64,000 bases of DNA, taken from assembly GCF_009914755.1 (NCBI RefSeq), contig NC_060929.1; one strand, given 5' to 3'. Made by a program: the position numbers and the translations under genes. Source of the DNA: the human T2T-CHM13v2.0 reference genome, Homo sapiens. Below are positions 24,456 through 37,673 of the stretch, piece by piece. The notes beneath the pieces were generated by a model. It was not told the DNA's origin and ran no database searches. It was given only the letters and a program-made list of their open reading frames with translations. Position 1 is the first letter of the stretch. The number at the start of each line of letters is the position of its first letter.

Positions 24456-27400
24456 CAAAAAGACTGATTTCTAAATGCTCCATGAAAAGAGAGGATCAAC
24501 TCTGTGAGATGAAGGCACACATCACAAAGAACTTACTCAGAGTGTTTCCGTTTAGTTTTTATGTGAAGATGTTCCCTATTTCACCATAGGCATTAAACTG
24601 CACACAAATATCCCTCTGCAGATAATACAAAAAGACGGGTTCCAAACTGCTCCATCAAAAGAAATGTTCAACTCTGTGAGATGAATGCACACATCACAAA
24701 GTAGTTTCTCAGAAAGCTTCTGCTTAGTTTTTATGTGAAGATATTTCCTTTTTCACAATAGGCCTCAAAACGCTCAAAATATCCATTTGCAGATTCTACA
24801 AAAAGACTGTTTCCAAACTGCTCAATCAAAAAGAGGTTCAACTCTGTGAGATGAATGCAAACATCACAAAGAACTTTCTCAGAAACATCTGTCTGCTTTT
24901 AAGTTGAAGACATTTCCTATTTCACCATAGACCATAAAGGGCTTACAAATATCCCTTTGCAGATTCTACAAAAAGAATTTTTCCAAACTGCTCAATCAAA
25001 AGAAAGTTTCAACACTGTGAGATGAATGGACATATCACAAAGAACTTTCTCAGAAAGCTTCTGTCTAGTTTTTTATGTGAGGATATTTGTTTTTAATCTA
25101 GGCCTCAACAGCTCAGAAATATCACTTTGCAGATTGTACAAGAAGACTGTTTCGAAACTGCTCCATCAATAGAAAGTTTCAACACTTTGAGATGAATGCA
25201 GGCATCACAAAGAAGTTTCTCAGGATGCTTCTGTCTAGTTTTTATGTGAAGATATTTCCTTTTTTACCATAGGCCTCAAAGCGCTATAAATATCCTTTTG
25301 CAGATTCTACAAAAAGACTGTTTCCAAACTTCTCAATCAAAAGAAGGATTCAAATGTCTGAGATGAACCAACACATTATAAAGAAGTTTCGAAGAATGCT
25401 TCTGTCTAGTATTTATGTGAAGATATTTGCTTTTTCATCATATGCCTTAAACCGGACACAAATATCCCTCTGCAGATACTTCAAAAAGACTCTTTTGGAA
25501 CTTCTCCATCAAAAGAAAGTTTCAACTCTGTGAGATGAATGCACACATCACCAAGAAGTTTCTCAGAGAGACTCAGTCTAGTTTTAATGTGAAGATATTT
25601 CCTTTTTCACCATAGGCCTCAAACTGCTCCAACTATTCACTTGCAGATTCTACAAAAAGAGTGTTTCAGAACTGCTCAATCAAAAGAAAGATTCAGCTCT
25701 GTCAGATGAATGCACACATAACAAAGAAGTTTCTGAGAATGCTTCTGTCTAGTTTTTATGTGAAGATATTTCCTATTTCACCATAGGCCATAAAGAGCTC
25801 AAAAATATCCCTGTGCAGATTCTTCGAAAACACTGCTTCCAAATGCTCAATCAAAAGAAAGGTTCAACTCTGTGAGATGAATGCACACATCACAAAGATG
25901 TTTCTCAGACTCCTTCTGTCTAGTTTTTATGTGAAGATATTCTTTATTCACCATAGACCTCAAACAGCTCGGAAATATCCATTTGCAGATTGTACAAAAA
26001 GACTGTTTCCAAACTGTTTAATCAAAAGAAAGTTTCAACTCTGTGAAATTAATGCAGGTATCAAAAAGAAGTTTCTTAGAGTGCTTCAGTCTAATTTTTA
26101 TGTGGAGATATTTCCTTTTTCACTATAGGCCTCAAAGTGCTTCAAATATCCATTTGCAGATTCTACAAAAAGACTGTTTCCAAACTGCTTAATGAAAAGA
26201 AAGTTTCAAGTCTGTGAGATGAATACACACATCTCTAAGAAGTTTCTTAGAATGATTCTCTCTAGCTTTTATGTGTAGATATTTCCTTTTTCACCATAGG
26301 CCTTAAATCGGTCACAAATATCCCCCAGCAGATACTTCAAAAAGACGTTTCCAAACTGCTCCATCAAAAGAAATATTCAAACCTCTGAGATGAATGCACA
26401 CATCACAATGAAGTTTATCAGAATGCTTCTGTCTAATTTTTAAGTGAAGATATATCCTTTTTCACCATAGGCCTCAAAACCCTCCAAATATCCACTTGCA
26501 GATTATACAAAAAGACTGTTTCTAAACAGCTCAATCAAAAGGAAGGTTCAACTCTGTGAGATGAAAGCATACATCACAAAGAAGTTCCTCAGAAAGCTAC
26601 TGTCTAGTTTTGATGTGAAGATATTTTCTATTTCACCATAGGCCACAATGGGCTCACAAGTATCCCTGTTCAGATTCTATGAAAAGACTGTTTCCAAACT
26701 GCTCAAAGGAGAGATTCCACTCTGTGAGACGAATGCACACATCACAAAGAAGTTTCTCAGAATTATTCTGTCTAGTTTTTATGTGAAGATATTTCCTTTT
26801 TCACCATAGGCCTCAAAGCACTCCAAATATCCATTTGCAGATTCTACAAAAAGAGTTTTTCCAACCTTCTCAATCAAAAGAAAGATTCAACTCTGCGAGA
26901 TGAAGGCACATGTCACAAAGAAGTTTCTCAGAATGCTTCTGTCTACTTTTTATGTGAAGATATTTCCTTTTTCATCATTGGCCTCAAAGTGCTCCAAATA
27001 TCCTTTTACAGATTCTACAAAAAGACTGTTTCCTAACTGCTCAATCAAAGCAAAGGCTTAACTCTGTGAGATGAATGCACTCATCACAAACAAGCTTCTC
27101 AGATTGCTTCTGTCTAGTTCTGATATTTAGATATTCCTTTTTCACCATAGGCCACAAATGGCTCAAAAATATCCATTAGCAGATTGTACAAAAAGACTGT
27201 TTCCAAATTGCTCAATGAAAAGAAAGGTTCAACTCTGTGAAATGCATACAGGTATCACAAAGAAGTTTCTCAGAATGCTTCTGTCTATTTTTTATATGAA
27301 GATATTTCCTTTTCACCATAGACATCAAAGCCCTCCAAATATCCATTTGCAGATTCTAAAAAAATACTGCTTCCAAACTGCTCAATCAAAAGGAAGCTTC

Positions 27401-30400
27401 AACTCTGTAAGATGAATGCACACATCACAAAAAGCTTCCCAGAATGCTTCTGTCTAGTTTTTGTGACAAGATATTTCCTATGTAAACGTATGCCTCAAAG
27501 TGATTCAAATATCCATTTGAAGATTCTACAAAAAGAGTGTTTCCAACAAGTTCAATCAAAAGAAAATTCAACTTTGTGAGATGAATGCACACATCACAAA
27601 GAAGTTTCTCTAAATGCTTCTGTATAGTTTTTATGTGAAGATATTTCCTTTTTCACCATAGACCTTAAACACGTCACAAATATCCCTCAGCAGATACTAC
27701 AAAAACAGTGTTTCCAAAGTGCTCCATGAAAAGAAAGCTTCAACTCTGTGAGATCAAAGCCTATATCACAAAGAAGTTTCTCAGAATGCTTCTGTCTACT
27801 TTTTATGTGAAGATATCTCTTTTTCACAATAGGCCTCAAACGATTAAGAAATATCCCTTTGCAGATTGTACAAAACGACTGTTTCCAAATTGCTCAATCA
27901 AAAGAAAGTTTCAACTCTGTGTGATGAATGCAGGCATCACAAAGAAGTTTCTCAGAAAGGTTCTGTCTAGTATTTACGTGAAGTGATTTACTATTTCACC
28001 ATAGGCCGTAAAGGGCTCAAAAATATCCCAGTGCAGATTCTACAAAAAGACTGTTTCCAAACTGCTCGATCAAAAGAAACGTTGAACTCTTTGAGATGAA
28101 TGCAGAGATCACAAATAAGTTTCTCAGAATGCTTCTGTCTAGTTTTTATGTGAAGATATTTCTTTTTCACCATAGGCTTCAAACCACACAGAAATATCCC
28201 TTTGAAGATTGTACAAAAAGACGGTTTCCAAACTGCTCAATCAAAAGAAAAGCTCAACTCTGTCAGATGAATGCAGTCATCACAAAGAAGTTTCTCAGAA
28301 TGTTTCTCTCTAGTTTTTATGTGAAGATATTTCCTTTTTCACCAAAGGCTTCAAAGCGCTCCAAATATCCATTTGCATATTCTACAGAAAGACTGTTTCC
28401 AAAGTGCTTCATCTAAAGAAAGGTTCAGCACTGTGAGATGAATACACACATCACAAAGAAGTTTCTCTGAATGCTATTGTATAGTATTTATATGAAGATA
28501 TTTCCTTTTTCACCATAGGCCACAATCTTCTCCAAATGTCAATTTGCAGATTCTATAAAAACAGTGTTTCTAACCTGCTCAATCAAAAGAATGGTTCAGC
28601 TCTGTGAGATGAATGCACACATCACCAAGAAGTTTCTCAGAATGTTTCTGTCTCGTTTTTATGTAAAGATACTTCCTTTTTCACCAAGGGCCTTAAACCA
28701 ATCACAAATATCTCTCTGTAGATACTACAAAAAGACTGTTTCCAAAGTCCTCCATCAAAAGAAAATTTCAACTCTGTGAGATGAATGCACACATCATGAA
28801 GAAGTTTCTCAGAATGCTTCTGTCTAGTTTTTATGTGAATATATTTCTTTTTTCACCATGGGCCTCAAAGCACTCCAAATATCCATTTGCAGACTCTACA
28901 AAAAGAGTGTTTTCAACGTGCTCAATCAAAACAAAGGTTCAACTCAGTGAGATGAATGCACACATCACAAAGATGTTTATCAGAATGGTTCTGTCTAATA
29001 TTTATGTGAAGATATTTCCTTTATCACCGTAGGCCTTAAACCGGTCACAAATATCCATCTGCAGATACCACAAAAAGACTATTTCCAAAATGCTCCATGA
29101 AAAGAAAGGTTCAATCCTGTAACATGAATGCACATATCACAAAGAAGTTTCTCGGAATGCTTCTGTCTAGTTTTTATGTGAAGATACTTCTTTTTAAACA
29201 TTGTCCTCAAAAGGCTCGGAAATATCCCTTTGCAGATTGTACGAAAAGACTGCCTCAAAACTGCTCAGTCAGAAGAAAGTTTCAACTCTGAGATGAATGT
29301 AGGCATCACAAAGAAGTTTCTCAGAATGCTTCTGTCTAGTTTCTACATGAAGATATTACCTATTTCACCATAGGCCAAAAAGGGCTCACAAAAATCCCTG
29401 TTCAAATTCTACGAATACACTGTTTCCAAACTGCTTCATCAGAAGACACGTTCAACTCTGTGAGATGAATGCACACATCACAAGGATGTTTCTCAGGTGA
29501 TTCTGTGTTGTTTTTATGTGAAGATATTCCATTTTTCACCAGAGACCTCAAAGTGTTGCAAATATCCATTTGCAGATGCTACAAAAAGAGTGTTAACAAC
29601 CTGCTCAATCAAAAGAAAGGTTCAACTCTGTGAGCTGAATTCACACATCAGAAAGATATTTCTCAGAATGCTTCTGTCTAGTTTTTATGTGAAGACATTT
29701 CCTTTTTCACCATTGGCCTTAAACCGGTCACTAATATCCCTCTGCAGATACTACTAAATGACTGTTTCCAAACTGTTACATCAAAAGAAAGGTTCAACAC
29801 TGTGAAATGAATGCACTCATCACAAAGAAGTTTCTCTGAATGCTTCTGTGTAGTTTTTCTGTGAAGATATTTCCTTTTTCACCATAGGACTCAAAGTGTT
29901 CCAAATATCCATTTGCAGATCTACAAAAAGACAGTTTCCAAAGTGCTCAATCAAAAGAAACGTTCAACTGTTTGAGATGAAAGCATATATCACAAAGAAT
30001 TTTATCAGAAAACTTCTATCTAGTTTTTATGTGAGGATATTTCCTACTTCACCATAGGCCATAAGGGGCTCACAAATATCCCTGTGCAGATTCTACAAAA
30101 AGACTGTTTCCAAACTGCTCAATGAAAAGAAAGTTTCAACTCAGTGAGATGAATGCACACAGCACAAAGAAGTTTCTCAGAACGCTTCTGTCTAGTTTTT
30201 ATGTGAAGATATTTCCTTTTTCACCACAGGCCCTAAACCAGTCACAAATATCCCTCTGCAGATACTACAAAAAGGCTGTTTCCAAAGTGCTCCATGAAAA
30301 GAAAGGTTCAACTCTGTGAGATGAATGCAGGCATCAAAAGAAGTTTCTCAAAATGCTTCTTTCCAGTTCTTATCTGAAGATATTTAGTTTTTCACAATAG

Positions 30401-33400
30401 TCCTTAAATTACTCAAAATATCCATTTGCAGAATCTACAAAAAGACTGTTTCCAAACTGCTCAACCAAATAAAAGTTCAACTCTGTGAGATGAATGCACC
30501 CATCACAAAGAAGTTTCTCAGAATGCTTCTGTCTACTCTTTATGTGATGATAATTCCTTTTTCACCATAGGCCTCAAAGGGCTCCAAGTATCCATTTGCA
30601 GCTTCTATAAAAAGAGCGTTTTTAACTGGCTCTATCAAAAGAAAGGTTCAGTTCTGTGAGATGAATGCACACATCACAGAGCAGTTTCTCAGAATGCTTC
30701 TGTCTAGTTTTTATATGAAGATATTTCCTTTTTCACCACAGGCCTTAAACCGTTCACAAACATCCCACTGCAGATAATACAAAAAGACTGTTTCCCAATT
30801 GCTCCATGAAAACAAAAGGTTCAACTCTGTCAGATGAATGCACACACCAAAAAGAAGTTTCTCAGAATCCTTCTGTCTAGTTTTTATGTGAAGATATTTC
30901 CTTGTTCACCTTAGGCCTCAAACCGCTCCAAATATCCATTTGCAGATTCTACAAAAAGATGTTTCCAACCTGCTCAATCAAAAGAAAGGTTTTATTCTGT
31001 GAGATGAAAGCACACATCACAAAGAAGTTTCTCAGAATACTTCTCTCTAGTTTTTATGTGAAGATATTTCCTTTTTCAACATAAGTCTTAAACCTCGCAC
31101 AAATATCCCTCTACAGATACTTCACAAGCACTGTTTGGAAACTGCTCCATCAAAATAAATTTTCAACTCTGTGAGATGAGTGCACAGATCACAAGGAAGT
31201 TCCTCAGAATGCTTCTGTCTAGTTTTTATTGGAAGTTATTTCTTTTTCACCATATGCCTCAAACAGCTCGGAAATATCCCTTTGGATAAGGTTTAAACAG
31301 ACTGTTTCCAAAGTGCTCAATCAGAAGAGAGCTTCAACTCTGTGAGATGAATGCAGGCATCCAAAAGAAGTTTCTCAGAATGTTTCTTTCTAGTTTTTAT
31401 GTGAAGATATTTCCTTTTTCACCATAGGCCTCAAATCGCTCCAAATATCCATTTGCAGTTTCTACAAAAAGACTGTTTCCAAACTGCTCAACCAAAGAAA
31501 AGTTCAACTCGGTGAGATGAATGCTCACATCACAAATAAATTTCTGACAGTGCTTCTGCCAGAAGCAATTCGATATTTGCTATTTCAAAATAGGGCGTAA
31601 AGGGCTCACAAATATATCTGTGTAGATTTTATGAAAAAACTGTTTCCAAACTGCTCAGTCAAAAGATTCAACTCTGTGAAATGAATGCAGATATCACATA
31701 GAAGTTTTTCAGAATAATTCTGTCTAGTTTTTATGTGAAGATATTTCCTTTATCACCATAGGCCTCAAAGTGCTCCAAATATCCCTTTGCAGATTCTACA
31801 AAATGATGGATTCCAAACTGCTCTATCAAAAGAACGGTACAACTCTGTGAGATGAATGCACACATCACAAAGAAGTCTCTCAGAATGCTTCTGTCTGGTT
31901 TTTAAGTGAAGATATTTCCATTTTCACCAAAGGCTTCAAAGCGCTCCAAATATCCATTTGCAGATTCTACAAAAAGAGTGTATCCAACCTGCTCAATAAA
32001 AGAATGGTTCAACTCTGTGAGATGAATTCACACATCACAAAGCAGTTTCTCAGAATGCTTCTGTCTAGTTTTTATGAGAAGATATTTCCTTTTTCACCTC
32101 AGGCCTTAAACCAGTCACAAATATCCCTCTGCAGATTCTACAAAAAGACTCTTTCTAAACTGCTCCATCAAAAGAAGAGTTCAACTGGGTGAGATGAATG
32201 CACACATCACAAGAAGTTTCTCAGAATGGTTCTGTCTAATTCTTCTGTGAAGATATTTCCTTTTTCACCACAGGCCTCAAAGCGCTCTGAACATCCATTT
32301 CCAGATTCTACAAAAAGACTGTTTCCAAACTGCCCAATCAAAAGGAATGTTCAACTCTGTGAGATGGAAGCAAACATCACAAAGAAGTTTCTCAGAAAGC
32401 TTCTGTCTAGCTTTAATGTGAAATACTTCCTATTTCACCACAGGCTATAAAGGGCTGACAAATATCCCTGGGCAGATTCTATGAAAAGACTGTTTCCAAA
32501 CTGCTCAATCAAAAGAAATGTTCAACTCTGTAAGATGAATGCACATGTCACAAAAAAAGTTTCTCAGACTGCTTCTGTCTAGTTTTTATGTGAAGATATT
32601 CCTTTTTTACCTTAGGCCTCAAAAGGCTCAGAATTATCCCTTTTCAGATTGTAGAAAAAGACTGTTTCCAAACTGCTCAATTGAAAGAAAGGTTCAACTG
32701 TGTGAGATGAATGCAAACATCACAAAGAAGTTTCTCAGAATTATTCTGTCTAGTTCTTATGTGAAGATATTTCCTTTTTCACCACAGGCCTTAAACCGGT
32801 CACAAATATCCCTCTGCAGATACTACAAAATACTGTTTCCAAACTGCTCCATGAAAGGAAAGGTTCAAATCTGTGAGATGAATGCACACATCACAGAGAA
32901 GTTTCTCAGAATGCTTCTCTGTAGTTCTTATGTGTAGATGTTTCCTTTTTCACCATAGGCGTCAAAGCACTCTAAATATACTTTTGCAGATTCTACAAGA
33001 AGACTGTTTCCAAACTGCACAATCGAGAGAAAGATTCAACTCCATGAGATGAATGCACACATCACAAAGTCGTCTTTCAGAATGCTTCCGTCTAGTTTTA
33101 ATTTGAAGATATTTCCTTTTTCACTGTAGGCCTTAAACTGGTCACAAAAGTCCCTCTGCAGAGACTATAAAAACACGTTTTCCAAACTGCTCCATCAAAA
33201 GTAAGGTTCAACTCTGTGAGATGAATGCAAACTTCACAAAGAGTTTCTCAGAATCCTTCTGTCTTGTTTTTATGTGACGATATTGTCTTTTTCACCATAA
33301 GCCTCAAAGTGCTCCAAATATCCATTGGCAGATTCTACATAAAGACTGTTTCCGAACTGCTGGATCAAAAGAAAAGTTCAACTCTGTGAGATGAATGCAC

Positions 33401-36400
33401 ACATCACAAAGAAGTTTCTCAGAAACCTTCCGTCTAGTTTTTGCTTGAAGATATTTCCTATTTTACCATAGGTCATGAAGGGCTCACAAATATCCCTGTG
33501 CAGATTCTAAGAAAAGACTCTTTCCATACTGCTCAATCAAATGAGAGTTTCAACTTTGTGAGGTGAATGCAAACATCACAAAGAGTTTCCTCAGATTGCT
33601 TCTGTCTAGTTTTTATGTGAAGATATTTCCTTTTTCACCATAGGCCTCAAAGTGCTCCAAATATCCACTAGCAGATTCAACAAAAAGACTGTTTCCAAAC
33701 TGCTCAAGAAAAGAAAGATTTAAATCTGTGAGATAATAGTATACATTACAAAGTAGTTTCTCAGAAAGCCTCTGTCTAGTTTGTATGTGAAGATATTTGC
33801 TATTTCACCATAGGGCATAAAGGGCTCAGAAATATCCCTGTGCGGACCTTATGAAAAAACTGTTTCCAAACTGCTCCATCAAAAGAAAGTTTCAATAGGT
33901 GAGATGAATGCACACATCACAAAGAAGTTTCTCAGAATGCTTCTGACTAGTTTTTATATGAAGATATTTCCTTTATCACCATAGGCCTCAAAGCGTTCCA
34001 AATATCCATTTGCAGATTCTACAAAAAGACGGATTCCAAACTGCTGTATCAAAAGAAAGGTTCAATTCTGTGAGACAAATGCACACATCACAAAGAACTT
34101 TCTCAGAATGCTTCTGTTTAGTTTTTATATGAAGATATTTTCTTTTTCACCACAGGCCTCAAAGCGCTTGAAATGTCCACATGCAGATTCTACAAAAAGA
34201 GGGTTTCCAACCTGCTCAATCAAAGGAAAGTTTCAAATCTGTGAGATGAATGAACACATCACAAAGCAGTTCTCGGAATGTTTCTGTTTGGTTTTTATGT
34301 GAAGATGTTTCCTTTTTCACCATAGGTCTTCAACCAGTCACAAATATCCCTCTCCAGATACTACAAAAAACTGTTTCCCAAGTTCTCCATTGTAAGAAAG
34401 TTCAACTCCGTGAAATGAATGCACACATCACAAAAAAGTTTCTCAGAAATCTTCTGTCTAGTTTTTATGTGAATATATCTCCTTTTTCACCATAGGCCTC
34501 AAAGCTCACCAAATATCCATTTTCAGATTCCACAAAAGCATGTCTCCAACCTGCTCAATAGAAAGAAAGGTTCAACTCTGTGAGAGGAATTCACACATCA
34601 AAAAGAACTTTCTCAGAATGCTTCTGTTTAGTTTTTATGTGAAGATACTTCCTTTTTCACCACAGGCCTTAAAGCGCTCAAAATGTCTATATGCAGATTC
34701 TACAAAAAGAGGGTTTCCAACCTGCTCAATCAAAGGAAAGGTTCAAATCTGTGAGATGAATGAACACATCAGAAAGCAGTTCTCAGAATATTTCTGTCTG
34801 GTTTTTATGTGAAGATATTTCCTTTTTCACCATGGGTATTCAACCGGTCGCAAATATCCCTCTCCATACTACAAAAAGACTGTTTCCCAAGTTCTCCATC
34901 AAAAGAAAGTTCAACTCCATGAAATGAATGCACACTTCAGAAAGAAGTTTCTCAGAATGCTTCTGTCTAGTTTTTATGTAAAGATATTTCCTTTTTCACC
35001 ATAGGCCTCAAAGTGCTCCAAATATCCATTTGCAGATTCTACAAAAGACTGTTTCCAAACTGCTCAATCAAAAGAAAGTTTCACCTCTGTGAGATGAAGG
35101 CATACATCACAAAGTAGTTTCTCAGAAAGATTCTGTCTAGTTTTCATGTGAAGATATTTCCTCTTTCACCATAGGCCATAAAGTGCTCACAAATATCCCT
35201 GCTCAGATTCTATGAAAAGACTGTTTACAAACTGTTCAATCAAAAGAAAGGTTCAACACTGTGATGTGAATGCACACATCACAAAGAAGTTTCTCAGAAT
35301 CATTCTGTCTAGTTTTTATATGAAGATATTTCTATCTCACCACAGGCCCCAAATGGCTCAGAAATATCCATTTGCAGATTGTAAAAAAAGTCTGTTTCCA
35401 AACTTCTCAATCAAAATAAAGTTTCAACTCTGTGAGAAGAATGCAGGCATCATAAATAAGTTTCTCAGAATGCTTCTGTCTAGTTTTATGTGAAGTTATT
35501 TCCTTTTTCACCATAGGCCTTAAACCGGTGAAAATTATCCCTCTGTAGATACTACAGAAAGACTGTTTCCAAACTGCTCAATCAAAAGAAAGATTCAACT
35601 CTGTGAGATTAAAGCACACATAACAAAGAAGTTTCTCAGAAAGCTTCTGTCTAGTTTTTATGTGAAGATATTTCCTATTTTACTATATGACTCAAATGGC
35701 TCAGATATATCCCTTTGCAGATTCTACAAAAGGACTGTTTCCAAACTGCTCATACAAAAGAAAGTTTCTACTCTGTGACATGAATGAACACATTACAAAG
35801 ACGTTTCTCAGAATGCTTCTGTGTATTTTTTATGTGAAGATATTTCCTTTTTCACCATAGGCCTCAAACCACTTACAAATATCCCTCTGCAGATACTACA
35901 AAAAGACTATTTCCAAACTGCTCAATCAAAAGAAATGATCAACTCTGTGAGATGAATGCACACGTCAAAAAGAAGTTTCTCAGAATGCTTCTGTCTAGTT
36001 TTAATGTGAAGAGATTTCCTTTTTCATCACAGGCCTCAAAGTGCTGCAAATATCCATTTGCAGAATCTACAAAAAGACTGTATCCAAACTGCACAATCAA
36101 AATTAAGTTTTAACTCCATGAGTTTAAATCCAACATCAGAAAGAAGTTTCTCAGAAAGCTTCTTTCTACTTTTTATGTGAAGATATTTCCTATTTCACCA
36201 TAGGCCTCAAACAGCTCACAAATATCCCTTTTCAGATTCTTCAATAAAATTCTTTCTGAACTTCTCAATGAAAAGAAATGTTCAACTCTGTGATTTGAAT
36301 GCACACATAAAAAGAAATTTCTCAGAATGCTTCTGTCTAGTTTTTATTTGAAGATATTTTTTTTTCACCATAGCCCTCAAACCGCTCAGAAATATCCCTT

Positions 36401-37660
36401 TGCAGATTGTACAAAAAGACTGATTCAAACTGCTCAATCAAAAGAAATTTTCAACTCTGTGAGATGAATGCCAACCTCACAAAGAGGTTTCTCAAAAAGC
36501 TTCTGTCTAGTTTTTATGTGAAGATATTTCCTTTTTCACCATTGGACTCAAAGCGCTCCAAATATCCATTTGCAATTTCTACGAAAAGACTGTTTCCAAA
36601 CTGCTCAATCAAAATAAAGGTTCAACGCTGTGAAATGAATGCAAGCATCACAAAGAAGTTTCTCAGAAAGCTTATGTTTAATTTTTATGTGAAAATATTT
36701 CCTTTTTCACCATAGGACCCACAGCACTCCAAATAGACATTTGCAGATTCTACAAAAAGACTTTTTTCAAACTGCTCAATGAAAAGAAAGCTTCAACTCT
36801 GTGAGATGAATGCACAAATCTCAAAGTAGCTTCTCTCAATGCTTCTGTGAGGTTTTTATGTGAATATATTTCCTTTTTCTCCATAAGCCATAGAGGGCTC
36901 ACATATATGCTCTTGCAGATTCTACCAAAAACCGTTTCCGAATTGCTCAATCAAGAGGATGGTTCAACCATTTGAGATGAATGGACTCATGACAAAGAAG
37001 TTTCTCAGAATGCTTCTGTCTAGTATTTATATGAAGATATTTCTTTTTCACCATAGGCCTCAAACTGCTCAGAAATATCCCTTTGCAGATTGTACAAAAA
37101 GACTGTTTCCAAAGAGTTCAATTAAAATGAATGTTCAAAACTGTGAGATGAATGCACACAACACAAAAAAGTTTCTCAGAAAACTCCTGTTCAGTTTTTA
37201 TGTGAAAATATTTCCTTTTTTACCATAGGCCTCAAATCGCTCCAAATATCCATTTGCGGATTCTACAAAAAGAGTGTTTCCAAATTGCTCAAACAAAAGA
37301 AACATTCAACTCTGTGAGATAGAAGCTCGCATCACAAAGAGATTTCTCAGAAAGATTCGGTTTAGTTTTTATATGAAGATATTTCCTTTTTCACCATAGG
37401 ACTTAATGGGCTCAGAAATATCCCTTTTCAAATTCTACAAAAGGACTGTTTCTAAACTGCTCAATCCAAAGAAAGGTTCAACTCTTGAGAGATGAATACA
37501 CACATCACAAAGAAGTTTCTCTGAATGCTTCTGTGTAGTTTTTATGTGAGGATATGTCTTTTTCACCATAGGCCTCAAACAGCTCACAAATATCCCTCTG
37601 CAGATACCATGAAAAGACTGTTTCCAAACTGCTCAATCAAAAGAAATGTTCAACTCTGAG
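24456..37660 (-). repeat. Monomeric A-type alpha satellite with local multimer duplications
   Basis: Continuation of the same divergent layer; ends at …gttcaactctgag before the junction filler. Confidence 0.92.
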
Positions 37661-37673
37661 CAGTTTTTATGTA

